The notes beneath the pieces were generated by a model. It was not told where the DNA came from. It did no database searches and saw only the letters and a list, made by a program, of their open reading frames with translations. A stretch of DNA of 64,000 nucleotides from Felis catus (lineage: Eukaryota), in contig NC_058368.1 in NCBI RefSeq assembly GCF_018350175.1, positions 135,782,001-135,846,000 on the forward strand, given 5' to 3'. Below, in pieces: positions 51,184-64,000 of the stretch (positions are counted from its first letter, which is position 1; every line of letters begins with the position of its first letter). A program made the position numbers and the translations under genes.

Positions 51184-54183
51184 GTAACTATGAAAGAAAA
51201 ATTCTTACAGTATTAGGTGACTTACTCTTAATTGTTCATGAGATGAAATCAAATTAAATATATTTTAATAACTGATACATATCTATCTCCATCTATTTTT
51301 TTTGAGATTGTTTCATAAAATCATGTATGTACATGTGCATACAATAAACACACCCCTGTGAATATGACATTGTATGTATCCATATACCTGAGACAAAACC
51401 TGATTTATTTATGTGGTTTACTACTTTACTTTTTAATTGTTTTTTTTGTTTTGCTTTAATTTTAATGTTTATTTTTGAGAGCGAAAGACAGTGTGAGCCA
51501 GGGAGGGGCAGAGAGAGAGGGAGACATAGAATCCGAAGCAGGCTCTAGGCTCTGAGCTGTCAGCACAGAGCCCGACACAGGGCTTGAACTCACAAACTGC
51601 AAAATCATGACCTGAGCTGAAGTTGGACGCTCAACCGACTGAGCCACCCAGGCGCCCCTTTAAAGTTAATTTGGATGAGACTTCCTTTTTCTGCCGTTTA
51701 CCAGTGACTTAGTCTTGCAAATGACAATCATTTTGTGCTTGCATATTCTTACCTTTTATATGAGAACCTCTCTTACAGAGTTGTGTGAAGAATAAGTGAG
51801 GTCGCACTTGTAGTGTTTATTCCAGTGCTTGATACATATTAAGGGATCAGTAAATGGTCAGCTGTTAATGAATTTAATAATATTGTGCTGATCACAAAAG
51901 TAATCAATTACTTTTGATTTTTAAATTACTTAAAAAAAATTTTTTTTAATGTTTATTTTTAAGAGAGAAAGAGCGTGCACATAAGCAGGAGAGGGCTGAG
52001 AGAGGGAGACACAGAATCTGGACTAGGCTCCAGGCTCTGAGCTGTCAGCACAGAGCCCTATGTGGGGCTCGAACCCACAAACCATGAAATCATGACCTGA
52101 GCCAAAGTTGGACGCCTAACTGACCAAGCCACCCAGACGCCCTTACTTTTGATTTTTAATTTATGTAAGATACATTTAATAAATTGATTTACTTCATTTT
52201 AAAAATGGTGCATAGTCATGCTACGTTAAAAGAGATAGCACATAGGGGCACCTGGTTGGCTCATTCAGTTCAGCATCTGACTCTTGAGTTTTGCTTAGGT
52301 CATGATCTCACGGTTTGGTTCGTGAGTTTGAGCCCTTTGTCAGGCTGTGCGGAGCCTGCTTTGGATTCTCTCTCCCTCTCTCTCTCTTTGCCCCTCCCCG
52401 GCTCAGTCTAAAGAAAAAAAAAGAGATAATACATGATTTATTGTGCATGGTCTTTCATCAGAAAACATTTAATAAGTCACCACATTGAGGAATTGACCTT
52501 GAAAATTTAAAAGGCATCTTTGGAGCTCTCAATCCACCTGAAATCCTAGTATCTACCTACAAGTGTAGCCTGTTCATTAGTTTACATCTCTGTTTTTCTT
52601 TTCTTTTTAATTTCTTTTTTCAATGTTTTATTTATTTTTGAGAGTGAGAGTTGGAGCAGAGGAGGGACAGAGAGAGAGGGGAACAGAAGATCTGAAGTAG
52701 GCTCTTTGCTGACAGCAGCAAGCCTAATGCAGGGCTCGAACTCACAAACTGAGATCGTGACCTGAGCCGATGTCACTCAACCGACTCAAACAACTGAGCC
52801 ACCCAGGCACCCCTACATCTTTGTTTTTCAAAATAACAATAGAGAAAAGTAAATAGGCAGCCTAATACAACTGAAAGTAGAATTCTGCTTATTCCTGTAG
52901 AAATGTAAATGTTGCTTAGGTTCACTTAGGTTCACTTAGGAATTACAGGTTGGGAAGGTTGAGGTAGGCCAGTTTGAGATCCTGACTACTATTTATACCA
53001 TTATTATTCTGAGCTCAGAAGTTTTAAAGGGAAGAAAATAATATTTTTTGAATGGGTCAGGAACTGTATGAGCAATCATATATTTTTACATTTAATTTTT
53101 GACCAGCCTAATGAAATAAACAATAATAAATCAATTCCAGATCCTATGTTTTTTCTGCTCTTTCAGGCTACTTTTTTTTTTTTAAGTTTATTTATTTGTT
53201 TTGAGAGTGAGTGCACTGGTTGTGGGGTGCGGCAGAGAGAGAGGGAGAGAGAGAATCCAAGCAGGCTCTGTGCTGACAGGCTCTGAGCTGATGCAAGGCT
53301 CAATCTCACCACTGTGAAATCTTGACTTGAGCTGATATCAAGAGTTGGATGCTTAACTAACTGAGCCACCTCCACACCCCTCAGGCTACTTTTCTTAAGT
53401 GATGCATTCTGAGTTTTGAACAGACTTACCAATGAAATTTCAACACAGGCATATTCGTAAATTGAAGACTGCCCAAATCAGTGTTAAGCATCCACTGCAG
53501 AACCATACTGCCTGGTTTCAAATCACTTACCAGATGACCGCGAGCTAGTAACTTAAACTCTTTATATGTCCTGTCTTTTTTTTTCTTTTTTAACATTTAT
53601 TTATTTTTGAGAGACCGAGCAAGACAGAGCATGAGCAGGGGAGGGACAGAGAGAGGGAGACACAGAATCTGAAGCAGGCTCCAAGCTCCGAGCTGTCATC
53701 ACAGAGCCCGATGTGGGGCTAGAACTCATGGACCACAAGATCATGACCTGAGCTGAGATCGGAGGCTTAACCGACTGAGCCACCCAGGCGCCCCTATATG
53801 TCCTATCTTCAGTGTGTATAATAGTAGTTCTCCCCTAATCTCAAGTGTTTTGAGGATTAAATTGGTTAGTACATATCATGAACCAAGAATAGGACCTTGC
53901 ACTGTGAGAAATCAAGATGATAGGCCTGTATTAGTGTCATTTCAATGTGTGAAAATTTGAAATTTTTGTCATGAGATACTTTTAGATGACATTTTATTTC
54001 ATTTTAATAGTTTAGTAACCCAAAGAGGACTGTTACTTAGTTCACAGATTTTACGTTATTGTGTATTAGAAAAGTATATTTTAATTAGAATATTTAGTGT
54101 AACTGTACCTAAAATGTTCTCAGTTTTGTTTTCCATATTTTAATTTTATTTCCAATATTGTCTCTTGGGTGTATATTATTTAG

Positions 54184-54369
54184 GAGAAAACAGTTTTTGG
54201 CCAAGGAAAAAAGGAACATCTTCATTAAAATCAGATGCTGCGCTGTCAAAATCAAAACGAAGAAAAAAAACAGATAGGGTTTTTGAAAACCAGGAGGTCC
54301 AAGCTATTGGTGGCAAAGATGTTTCACTCTTTCTCTTCAGAGCTTTGGGGAAAATACTGTATTGTAAAA
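54184..54369 (+). CDS. RAD17: RAD17 coding exon 10
   Basis: 186 bp; ENSFWPRKKG...SKSKRRKK...GGKDVSLFLFRALGKILYCK. Confidence 0.97.
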
Positions 54370-56260
54370 GTAAGAAAATCTTATGTTTTATTAAAAATCT
54401 GTTAGGTATTCGTCCTACAACGGAAATAAAATACCAGTTTTTGAAAATGTCATGTATTTGGCAGTTAGGGCCAGGTCTGACACTGTTTGGCAAGGCCTGA
54501 GACACAGTAGGTAAATGTATTTAGGTACAGTATTTTTGGACTGTGGATGGGATTAAATGTAAAAACTACTGTCTGTAAATCTTTAAAATTATAGTTTTCT
54601 GAAGGTAAACTATGTATCAGTTCCTCTAGAATTTTAGTGGCACATGTTGGTAGCCCAACACCAGAACCCTAGACAAGTTGTCAGGTAGCGTCAGGCTTCT
54701 TTGGATCTCCTTACATTTCTCTTCACTAGCTGCTCTCTCCACAACCAGAGATGTTCCATCGCCTTTTCTGTATTTGATGCCTGCTTCCCCTCCGACCCTC
54801 CATCTGCATCACCCATCACCCAGCTCCCAAATTGCCTCTTTTTTCAATAAAATCCCAAACTTCTATTTCTTATGTAGAAAATATCACTTCTTAGCTGATC
54901 CTGAAGGAAGAGAATTAGGATTGGGGTCTGGGGGGGTGGGATCTGACCTGCTTTTATGTAGATTAAAGTAATTCATACAAAATTTTGAGGGAAACTGTTG
55001 CCTTAGTTTATAAATTTTTTTTTAATGTTTATTTTTGAGAGAGAGATAGAGTACAAGCAGGGGCGGGGCAGAGAGAGGGAGACACAGAATCTGAAGCAGG
55101 CTCCAGGCGCTGAGCTGTCAGCCCAGAGCCTGTCGCGGGGCTCGAACTCATGAACCATGAGATCATGACCTGAGTCAAAGTCGGACCCTCAACTGACTGA
55201 GACACCCAGGTGCCCCTGCCATAGTTTATAATAGTTTTATATGTTATACCACAAAGTAAATAATCATAATGGACTATTGAAAAAAGTCCTTTGTGTACAA
55301 TGGCTTCAATTTTCTCTCAGATGTTCAAATCTCATGTAAATTAACTGCTTCAGTGGGTCACAAGTAGTATGTGAACAGACATTCATTTAAGCTTTGTGTT
55401 TATCATGCCTGTTATTATCTGAGATTTTTTTCTGGTTGCCAAAAGCCCAGTTGTTTTAAACCACTGTTTTTATCTTTCTATAACACTGAGTGCCTCTTAT
55501 ACCTGTTTTCCATCTTCTTACCTCCTTGCCTCTTTCTCTTCTGTTATCTTTCTGTATTTCTGCTTCATTCTCTCCTCACTCCAGGCATCCTTCTTGTTTT
55601 AGGCTATTATCTCTCAGTTTCTTCTTTCCAGGTGGTTGAAAATTTGAGATTTCTAAATGGAAAATTTCATGCCACCTGAAGATGAACCTGGCATCACTTA
55701 GGTGGAAATGAAGACACCCTCTGTCCTTGGATCCTCTTACCTCTGAACCTCAGTGGCTATTCCCACTGATACTTTCCCTTCTACACTTTCTTTTCCTTCT
55801 CAACATTCATTTGCAGCTTCCTGCATCAGGGAACAGGGTCTGTGTTCTCTTGTGCAGAAAGCAACCTCATCCTACATCGTAAATAAAACAGTAAAGATCT
55901 CTATATTGAGAATGAGGATCAAAAGAAAGCAACTCAGAACTGAAATGGTGAAATGCAGAGTGCTTTGAGAACTGGAATATTTTAATACTAGAGAAGCCAT
56001 AATTCAGGCATCAGAATTCTAATTTGAGTTCTTAAGAATAGTGATAGTGAGGCTACTAACTATATACATATAGTAGCAAGGCGCTGTAGTAGTGAGGCAA
56101 CTTACATAGGTCTCCAGTTGCTTTGTTTTTATTTTTAATATCTTACTTAGTATGTTTGGTATCATGTGCCTAAAGTATTGGAAAAAATCTTCAAATGAGT
56201 GGTTCTGTATAACTTTAAGGTGATGTTATTTTTAATAATTCCAGAATTTTTTTTTTATAG

Positions 56261-56346
56261 GAGCATCTTTAACAGAATTAGATTCCCCCCGTTTGCCTTC
56301 ACATTTATCAGAGTATGAAAGGGATACCTTACTTGTTCAACCTGAG
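56261..56346 (+). CDS. RAD17: RAD17 coding exon 11
   Basis: 86 bp; ASLTELDSPRLPSHLSEYERDTLLVQPE. Confidence 0.97.
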
Positions 56347-56465
56347 GTAAAATCTTTAATAACATATACTACTTTTTCCAGAATATATATTAGTTACATT
56401 TATGGAAATGTCCGTTTAACCACAGAATTTTCACCAAAATAATATGTGTATGCTTCTTTTTATAG

Positions 56466-56612
56466 GAAGTAGTAGAAATGTCACATATGCCAGGAGAGTT
56501 ATTTAATTTATATCTTCACCAAAACTACTTAGATTTCTTCGTGGAAGTAGATGATGTTATGAGAGCCAGTGAATTTCTGAGTTTTGCAGATATCCTCAGC
56601 GGTGACTGGAAT
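56466..56612 (+). CDS. RAD17: RAD17 coding exon 12
   Basis: 147 bp; EVVEMSHMPGELFNLYLHQNYLDFF...ADILSGDWN. Confidence 0.97.
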
Positions 56613-56980
56613 GTAAGACCATTTGACTTAACCATTTTTGTTTATGAATGTTTCCTCCAAATGGAGAAAGTTTGCTTTTATTCCTCATTATTGGACATCT
56701 TATGTAACTTCTTAATAACAATGATAAAATTATTTAATCCAACTCAGTGTTTCTAATGACACCGGTTAATCTGATTTTTTTGGTGATAATATAACACTAA
56801 TTTTTTCTGAAGTTATTTTCTGATTATAAAACTAATATATTCAGAAATTTTGACAACCATTGAAAAGTAGATAGGGAAGAAGTGTGTTTTTTATACTTTC
56901 TTTTACTTTTTTAAACAATTTTTTTCATAACTTTCAAATTATTCACTATAAAATTTATATTTTTTTCTTAACATTTTAAC

Positions 56981-57179
56981 ACAGCTCTGATCAATGTAAT
57001 AGCCACTAGCCACATATGGCTATTTACATTAGGTTAAATTTAACTTAATTTAAAATTCAGTTCCTCAGTCACACTGGCCACATTTCCAGCATTCCATAGC
57101 TGCATTTGGCTAGTACCACTGTGTTAAACAGCTAGATACAAAATGTTTTTGTTACAGAAAGTTCTTTTGGACAACATTG
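56981..57179. mobile_element. MER3/MER33-like hAT-Charlie MITE
   Basis: TAGCCACTAGCCACATATGGCTA...AAAATTCAGTTCCTCAGTCACACTGGCCACATTTC...AGAAAGTTCTTTTGGACAACA. Confidence 0.8.
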
Positions 57180-58105
57180 TTTTAATATGTTAATATTTCT
57201 GTTATAAATTTGAAATAGTATTAATTAAAATTGGAAAAGATACAGTGAAAAACATGTATGATATGGTTTCTGTATTTAGAGTTTCATTATTCAGCAGTTG
57301 TGTTTGCTTAATTTTTCTTATATTTTTTATTTTAAAATTTTCTAACCTGTAGACGAATGGAAGAATAGTATGATGAATGCCTATATACCCTTAGCTTTTG
57401 TTCACCAATTTTTCACATTTTGCTACATTTGCTTAATCTCTATGTGTTTATACACTTGTTTTGGCCCAATAATTGGAAAGTAATTGCAAACATCATGTCA
57501 CTTAATACTTATCCATGTGTAAGGACCTTGCCCTATTATAACCATAATAGCTTTTATCACACTTAAGAAAACTAACATTGGGGCCCCTGGGTGGCTCAGT
57601 TGGTTGAGCATCTGACTTCAGCTCAGGTCATGTTCTTACAGTTTGTGAATTTGAGCCCCGCATCAGGCTCTGTGCTCACAAGCAGTTAAGAGTCTGGAGC
57701 CTGCTTCAGATTCTGTATGTCCCTCTCCCTCTCCCTACCTCTGCTCATGCTCTGTCTCCCCCAAATAAATAAATATTTAAAAAAAATTTAAAAAAAGAAA
57801 ACTAACATTCATTCAGTAACATATTGTCATTATTTCGATTTCCCCGGTTGTCTCAAAATGTATTTTAAGTTATTTTCAACACCCATATCCAAGATCCATA
57901 GTTCACACATAGTGGTTGATTGTTATGTCTCAGTTGAATTTGATTTAGGTAATTTTGTAGCTTATTATTTTCAGGGTTGTGGTAATGTTGGAAAAAGTGA
58001 ACATTAAATAAATATGGTTGGTGGTTTTTTGGCATCAGCAAGATGAATAGCACTACTTTATAAATCTCTCATTTTTGTTATTTTACATTTTGTCTTCTTT
58101 TTTAG

Positions 58106-58255
58106 ATGCGCTCCTTACTCAGGCAATATACTACATCCATAGCTACGAGGGGTGTGATGCATTCCAATACAGCACGAGGATTTGCTCATTGCCAAGGAGG
58201 AGGATCAGGTTTTCGACCCTTGCACAAGCCCCAGTGGTTTTTCATAAATAAAAAG
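58106..58255 (+). CDS. RAD17: RAD17 coding exon 13
   Basis: 150 bp; MRSLLRQYTTSIATRGVMHSN...FRPLHKPQWFFINKK. Confidence 0.97.
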
Positions 58256-58559
58256 GTAAAGAAAAAAAAAAAGAATTGTGTACTTTTAGTAGGTAAACTT
58301 TATGGCATGTGAATTATATCCCAATGAAGTTGTTACTTTTTTTTTTTTTAGTTTTGAAAAAGTGTTTTATTAGTAGTAAAAAATAGTTGTTAATTCCCAC
58401 AATTTTCTTCAAATTACATTAAGACATAAAAAGGACACTCTTCTTGAATACCCAGTTATTATTTTTAAGGAAAAAAAGCACTCAAAATTTGAAAGCTTAT
58501 ATTTTATTTATTAGTTGACTAGTAGTGAATTCAAAATATCATTATAATTATATTTTAAT

Positions 58560-58758
58560 GTTTATTTATTTCTGGGACAGAGAGAGACAGAGCATGAACG
58601 GGGGAGGGACAGAGAGAGAGGGAGACACAGAATAGGAAACAGGCTCCAGGCTCTGAGCCATCAGCCCAGAGCCTGACGTGGGGCTCGAACTCCCGGACCA
58701 CGAGATCGTGACCTGGCTGAAGTCGGACGCTTAACCGACTGCGCCACCCAGGCGCCCC
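58560..58758 (-). mobile_element. Young-subfamily SINEC_Fc with long flanking duplication
   Basis: Flanked by the 21-bp direct repeat TCATTATAATTATATTTTAAT (58539-58559, 58759-58779). Confidence 0.9.
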
Positions 58759-60226
58759 TCATTATAATTATATTTTAATTTTAATTGAAAATAGGGGCAT
58801 CTGGCTGACTCATTTTGAAGAGCATGAGACTCTTGATCTCAGAATTGTGAGTTCAAGCCCCACATTGAGTCTAGAGAAGGAAGGAAGGGAGGGAGGGAGG
58901 GAGGAAGGAAGGAAGGGAGGGAGGAAGGAAAAAGAAAAAAAAAAAGAAGAGAAAAGAAAATAAAGAAAAGAAAGCAATCCTGGCTTCTAACCATCTGGAC
59001 AGATTATTTTACCTAATGTACACTTCATTTCCACAGCTTTAAATGCATTGGATTGAATTAGAAGTTAAAAATAGGCGGTCCCACAAGTTGAATACTACAC
59101 ACAGAGATTTTTTTTTCATGAATTTCCAGTCTTTAAAAATGAGTATAATAATTCAAACTCAGATATGGATTTCTGGCTCAGAATGTCTGGACTCTCCTGA
59201 AATAAATGCAAAATAAGGCAACACTGTCCTATATTTTTACATGGCAACAATCTGGCCGAGCCAAATAGCATCTCCCCCTTGAAGATGGGAGTGATGGGTA
59301 CCTTCCCCAGCTGCTTCACTGCACTGATTTATGTACCTGCCTGTCTCCTAAAGCATCTGAATTTGTGACGCAGAACTGCATCATCTCTAAGATATCTTCC
59401 AGTTCTTTTTAAAAAAAATTTTTTTTAATGTTTATTTATTTTTGAGACAGAGGGAGACTGAGCGAGGGAGGGGCAGAGAGAGAGGGAGACACAGAATCTG
59501 AAACAGGCTCCAGGCTCTGAGTTGTCAGCACAGAGCCCGATGCGCGGCTCGAACCCACGAACCATGAGATCATGCCCTGAGCCGAATTCAGATGCTTAAC
59601 CGACTGAGCCACCCAGGTGCCCCACATATCTTCCAGTTCTTAAATCATATGGCGAAATAGGAGCCTGTAATTCATTACCTAAGACATTTTTTCCAAAGAT
59701 TTCTTGGGGAATTTCATGACTTGTAACGAATTTGTATCCCTTATTGACTTGCTTTGCTATTTATAGCACTTATATTAATTTTGCCTTATAGTTACATATG
59801 AATTGTTTGTAAAACCATAAGCTCTTTGAAGGCAGATTGTACTTGTGTCCTTATCAGCCTAGCATTGTACCCGTGTTAACTAAAGAATACTAATTCTTTA
59901 ATTGAGAACAGTATCCTCACATAATTTGTGATGTATGCTCATAAACAGAATTCCTTTGATTTTTAAGGTTTATTTTCCTTCTACCTTAAGTCTCTTAAAA
60001 AATTCTTGTTGCTGTTATGTCAAATATGAAATAGTTCTATAGGTAAAATGCTTTATTAGATAAGGCTAGAACAATTATAAAAAACTAATCAGGTAAACTC
60101 TTAAAAGTATGTTTGTGGTATGTATAAACACATTTTGTGTTACAGTAAACTTCATTTGTCTAGGAATACATCTCCATTTGTTTTAATTTTATTTTTCATT
60201 TCATGTTCCCCCCCACTTCTATACAG

Positions 60227-60347
60227 TATCGGGAAAACTGCCTGGCAGCAAAAGCTCTTTTTTCTGACTTCTGCTTACCAGCTTTATGCCTCCAAACTCA
60301 GCTGTTGCCATACCTTGCTTTGCTAACCATTCCAATGAGAAATCCAG
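60227..60347 (+). CDS. RAD17: RAD17 coding exon 14 (last exon seen; gene continues beyond window)
   Basis: 121 bp; YRENCLAAKALFSDFCLPALCLQTQLLPYLALLTIPMRNP; ends in phase 1 at CAG|GTAATA with no stop. Confidence 0.97.
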
Positions 60348-61124
60348 GTAATAACATGCGTTTTTGTTTAATCCAAGAAGTAGTGTTTTGTTAATTTGAG
60401 AGAGAGAGAGAGAGAGAGCGAGCGAGCAAGCGCGAGTGGGGCAAAGGGGGAGAGAGACATATTAAATTTTTTTTTTTAATGTTTATTTACTTTTGAGACA
60501 ATGTGAGAGACAGAGTGCAAGCAGGGGAGGGGCAGACAGAGGGAGACACAGAATCCGAAGCGGGCTCCAGCCTCTGAGCTGTTAGCACAGAGCCTGACGT
60601 GGGGCTCCAACTCACGAACCGTGAGATCATGACCTGAGCCGAAGTTGGATGCCTAGCCGACTGAGCCACTCACATGCCCCGAAAGAGAGATAATCTTAAG
60701 CAGGCTCCATGCTCAGTATGGAGCCCCACATGGGACTTGATCCCATGACCCTGGTATCATGACCTGAGCCAACATCAAGTTGGACGCTCAACCAACTGAG
60801 CCACCCAGGCGCCCCCAAAAGTAGTGTTTTATAACCTTATCTTTTTAAAGTCAACTCATTGCTACAATCTAGTGAGACTAAATTTTTTTTCCATTATTTT
60901 TTGATCTAAAATTAACACGTTTCAGATTTGGAAAGGAAGAAAGAATTCAAATAATAATAGAAGTTAATAAAAAGAAAAACTAATAACCACAGGTAATTTC
61001 TTTTGAAAGATTGATGTAAGTTCTTCCTGACGTTTTTCTGTGCATATGCAAATATTAGGCATATGCTTTAATTGGCATATATCACTTACCATGGATAGCA
61101 CTCCATATGTTATAAATTAGTATT

Positions 61125-61270
61125 CAGTCAGCTCCGCAGACTGGGAAGTCCAAAATCAAGATACAAGCAGATGGTGAAGGCCTCCTCCCTAGCTTATAGA
61201 TGGTCATCTTCTCGTATTCTCACATGGCAAAGAGCAGAGCAAGAGAGAGGTCTCTGTGATGTTCTTTTTG
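61125..61270. mobile_element. MaLR (MLT1-like) LTR fragment
   Basis: CTGGGAAGTCCAAAATCAAG...GGTGAAGGCC...TCTTCTCGTATTCTCACATGGCAAAGAG. Confidence 0.6.
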
Positions 61271-61562
61271 TAAATGTCAGAAATCCAGGATCATTTTATA
61301 CTTTCTCTGCCCTAGTACTAGAATCAGGAATTCCAAGGAGCCCTGGTTCCTCTTAGTGGAAATGGTATTTAGAATTTAGGATCTGGGAGCACCTGGCTGG
61401 TTCAATAGGTAGAGCGTGTGACTCTTGATCTAGGGGTTTTGAGTTGAATCCCATGCTCGGCGTAGAGCCTACTTAAAAAAAATTTAGAATCTGTCACTAG
61501 GTATGATCATTGGTATTGGAGTATCATTGTGTCTATTCTTTTTCAATGGAACAAAGCTAGGA

Positions 61563-61565
<3 letters not shown>

Positions 61566-61614
<49 letters not shown>
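61566..61614. repeat. (TG)n microsatellite
   Basis: Perfect TG run, about 24 units. Confidence 0.95.
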
Positions 61615-61616
<2 letters not shown>

Positions 61617-62904
61617 GTTCTTATGTTTTTCTGTGCATATATGTGTGTACCATGAGTTCACGCCCGTACATTCATTTTCAGCCTAACACTACAGAGTTTA
61701 TTTTAACCTTTCCCAATTCAGTAACTCGTACTGGTTTAGACAGCTTACATTGAAATTATCTGGAAAATCATTTATCCACTAGTTAAAAATTCAGATTATA
61801 GGATCACAATTCATTTTCCCATATGAAAAAGCTGTTTTTTAAAAAATCCTGATTCTGTTCTGGAGTGTATCTTTAAAAAGGTAAATATTGGAGCGCCTGG
61901 GTGGCCCAGTCAGTTGAATGTCCAGCTTTGGCTCAGGTCATGATCTTGTGGTTCATGAGTTCAAGCCCCACGTCAGGCTCTGTGCTGACAGCTGAGCCTG
62001 GAGCCTGCTTCAGAATCTGTCTCCCTCTCTCTCTGCCCCTCCCCTGCTCGCGTGCGCACTCTCTCTCAAAAATAAATAAACATTAATAAATAAATAAATA
62101 TTTATGAGCCCTCATAGTGTTGCATTTACAAACATTGAAAGGTGTATAAAATTCATTCAAAAATAAGATGTTCTGGGGGTTCTTGGCTGCTCAGGTGGTA
62201 GAGCATGCAACTCTTGATTTTGGGGTCATGAGTTCAAGCCCCAAGATGGACATGGAGCCTACTTTAAAAGAAATTTTTTTTGGATTTTTGTTTTTATCAT
62301 TTTTTTCCCCATTTACTGTGTCATTTTAGAAGTTATTTCTTTATATTTTTTCTGCTCCTATCTCTGTCTTTTATTCTGGTCCTCCATTAGTGTTTGTTGG
62401 TGTGCTTAAAGATATCCCACTTTCTTCTGCCAACATTGGTCATTTGTTTTCACTCCATTTTCTCTGATTGTGCAATCTTTATCAGTCTCTGTTCAAGTTG
62501 ACTGATTCTTTTGCCAGTTCAAATCTACTATTGAACCCCTGTAGTGAGTCACTGTTCTGGGTGAGTGCTCAAGTGGGGGTAGTCTCTGATCATCTTGGCT
62601 GAGCCCCTCCTAGCGTGGACCCTCCTGGCCCTATGAATGAGCTTGGGTGAGGGCCAGTGGCAGTTAGAGGAGGAGGCAGTATTCTCGGCCTGCTGTGCTA
62701 CTAGGATAGAGCTTCCATGCCAAGGGTTGGAGAAAGGGAGTCCCGAATTCTAGGCTGGCCACAGGAGGGAGGAAGTCCTATGGGTTCTTAGCCGTACCTG
62801 ACCTGGAGTGAAGTCTCTCTAAAGCTGAGGAAGTGAAGGGGTGGGTCCTGGTTCAAATGCCACACTCTTGCTGTTAGATTTTCCTGAAAAAAAAAAAATG
62901 TTTC

Positions 62905-63820
62905 TTCACAGCATAAAATTTATCATCTTAAACCATTTTTAAGTATATAGTTTACTAGTGTTAAGCTTACTCACCTTGTACAACCAATCTCTAGAACTTT
63001 GTCATTTTGCAGAATTGAAACTACACACATTAAATGCTAACTACCTCCTACTCCCTGTCCACCACCTATCTTCTCTCTCTGAATTTTATTTTTAATTTTT
63101 TAATGTTTATTTATTTTTGAGAGAGAGAGACAGAGCATGAGCAGGGGAGAGGCAGAGAGAAAGCGACACACAGAATCTGAAGTAGGCTCCAGGCTCTGAG
63201 CTGTTGGCACAGAGCCCGACGCAGGGCTTGATTTCATGAACCATGAGATCATGACCTGAGCCAAAGTCAGATGCTTAACGCACTGAGCCACCCAGGCGCC
63301 CCTGTGTCTGAATTTGACTACTCTAGGTACCTCACATAAGTGGACTCATGCAGTATTTGTCCTTTTGTTACTGACTTGTTTTACCTAGCATGTCATCAAA
63401 GTTTTTATTATAGCATGTGTCAGCATTTCCTTTTTAAGGCTGAAGAATAACACATTGTATATACCACATTCTGTTTATCCATTCTTCTGTTGATGGACAC
63501 TTAAGTTGCTTCCACCTTTTAGCTATTGTGAACAATGCTGCTGTTAACATGGGTATACAAATTACTCTTTAAGACTCTGCTGTCAGTTCTTTTGGGTGTA
63601 TACCCAGAAGCGGAATTGCTAGATCATGTAGTAATTCTGTTTTTAATTTTAAGGAGCTGCCTTACCATTTTCCACAGCATTTATACCATTTTACATTTCC
63701 ACCAACAATGCCCAAGGGTTTCAGTTTCCATACATCTTTACCAAACCTTTTTTTTTAAATTTTTTTATAACAGACATCCTAAAAGATATGAAATGGATCC
63801 CATGGTTTGATTTGAATTTT
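62905..63820 (-). mobile_element. Old LINE-1 (L1MB-like) 3' end interrupted by a SINE
   Basis: TTGACTACTCTAGGTACCTCACATAAGTGGA...GATGGACACTTAAGTTGCTTCCACCTTTTAGCTATTGTGAA. Confidence 0.85.
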
Positions 63821-63847
63821 CCAAAAGATTCGTGATTTTGAGGTTTC

Positions 63848-63927
63848 TCCTTCCTTCCTTCCTTCCTTCCTTCCTTCCTTCCTTCCTTCCTCCCTCCCTC
63901 CCTCCCTCCCTCCCTCCCTTCCTTCCT
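63848..63927. repeat. (TTCC)n(TCCC)n tetranucleotide repeat at a SINE tail
   Basis: Direct reading of the sequence. Confidence 0.93.
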
Positions 63928-64000
63928 TTCACGCAAGGGGGAGGGGTAGAGGGAGAGGAAGAGAATCTTAAGCAGGTTCCAAGCCTGGCATGGAGCCCAA

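Overview
Mammalian genomic DNA, almost certainly felid: the dominant repeat is the cat-type tRNA-derived CAN-SINE (SINEC_Fc), roughly 70 copies by approximate hand count. The window holds the conserved AK6/TAF9-RAD17 locus. Minus strand: a complete 5-exon AK6 (172 aa; CDS exons 29368-29395, 27068-27160, 17139-17197, 16893-17038, 12936-13128), with the single-exon TAF9 CDS (265 aa, 25436-26233) nested in AK6 intron 2. Plus strand: the first 14 coding exons of RAD17 (31174-60347, 1723 nt, open frame); its 3' end lies beyond the window. A shared CpG-island promoter sits at about 29.1-30.1 kb. A second CpG island (about 1.7-2.4 kb) carries a minus-strand first-exon donor, probably CCDC125 by synteny. 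The rest is SINEs, L1/L2/MIR fragments, DNA-transposon remnants, a solo ERV LTR, a U6 retrocopy and microsatellites. I cannot support a wholly new biological system here. The best leads are in isoform and translation architecture: back-to-back antisense splice donors in one palindrome, a 41-aa AK6-derived uORF ahead of TAF9, apparently disabled alternative starts for RAD17 (ATG-AAT-TAG) and AK6 (ACG), and uORFs on RAD17. Comparisons with human proteins are from recall, not from alignments run here. Most short ORFs in the track are repeat artefacts.
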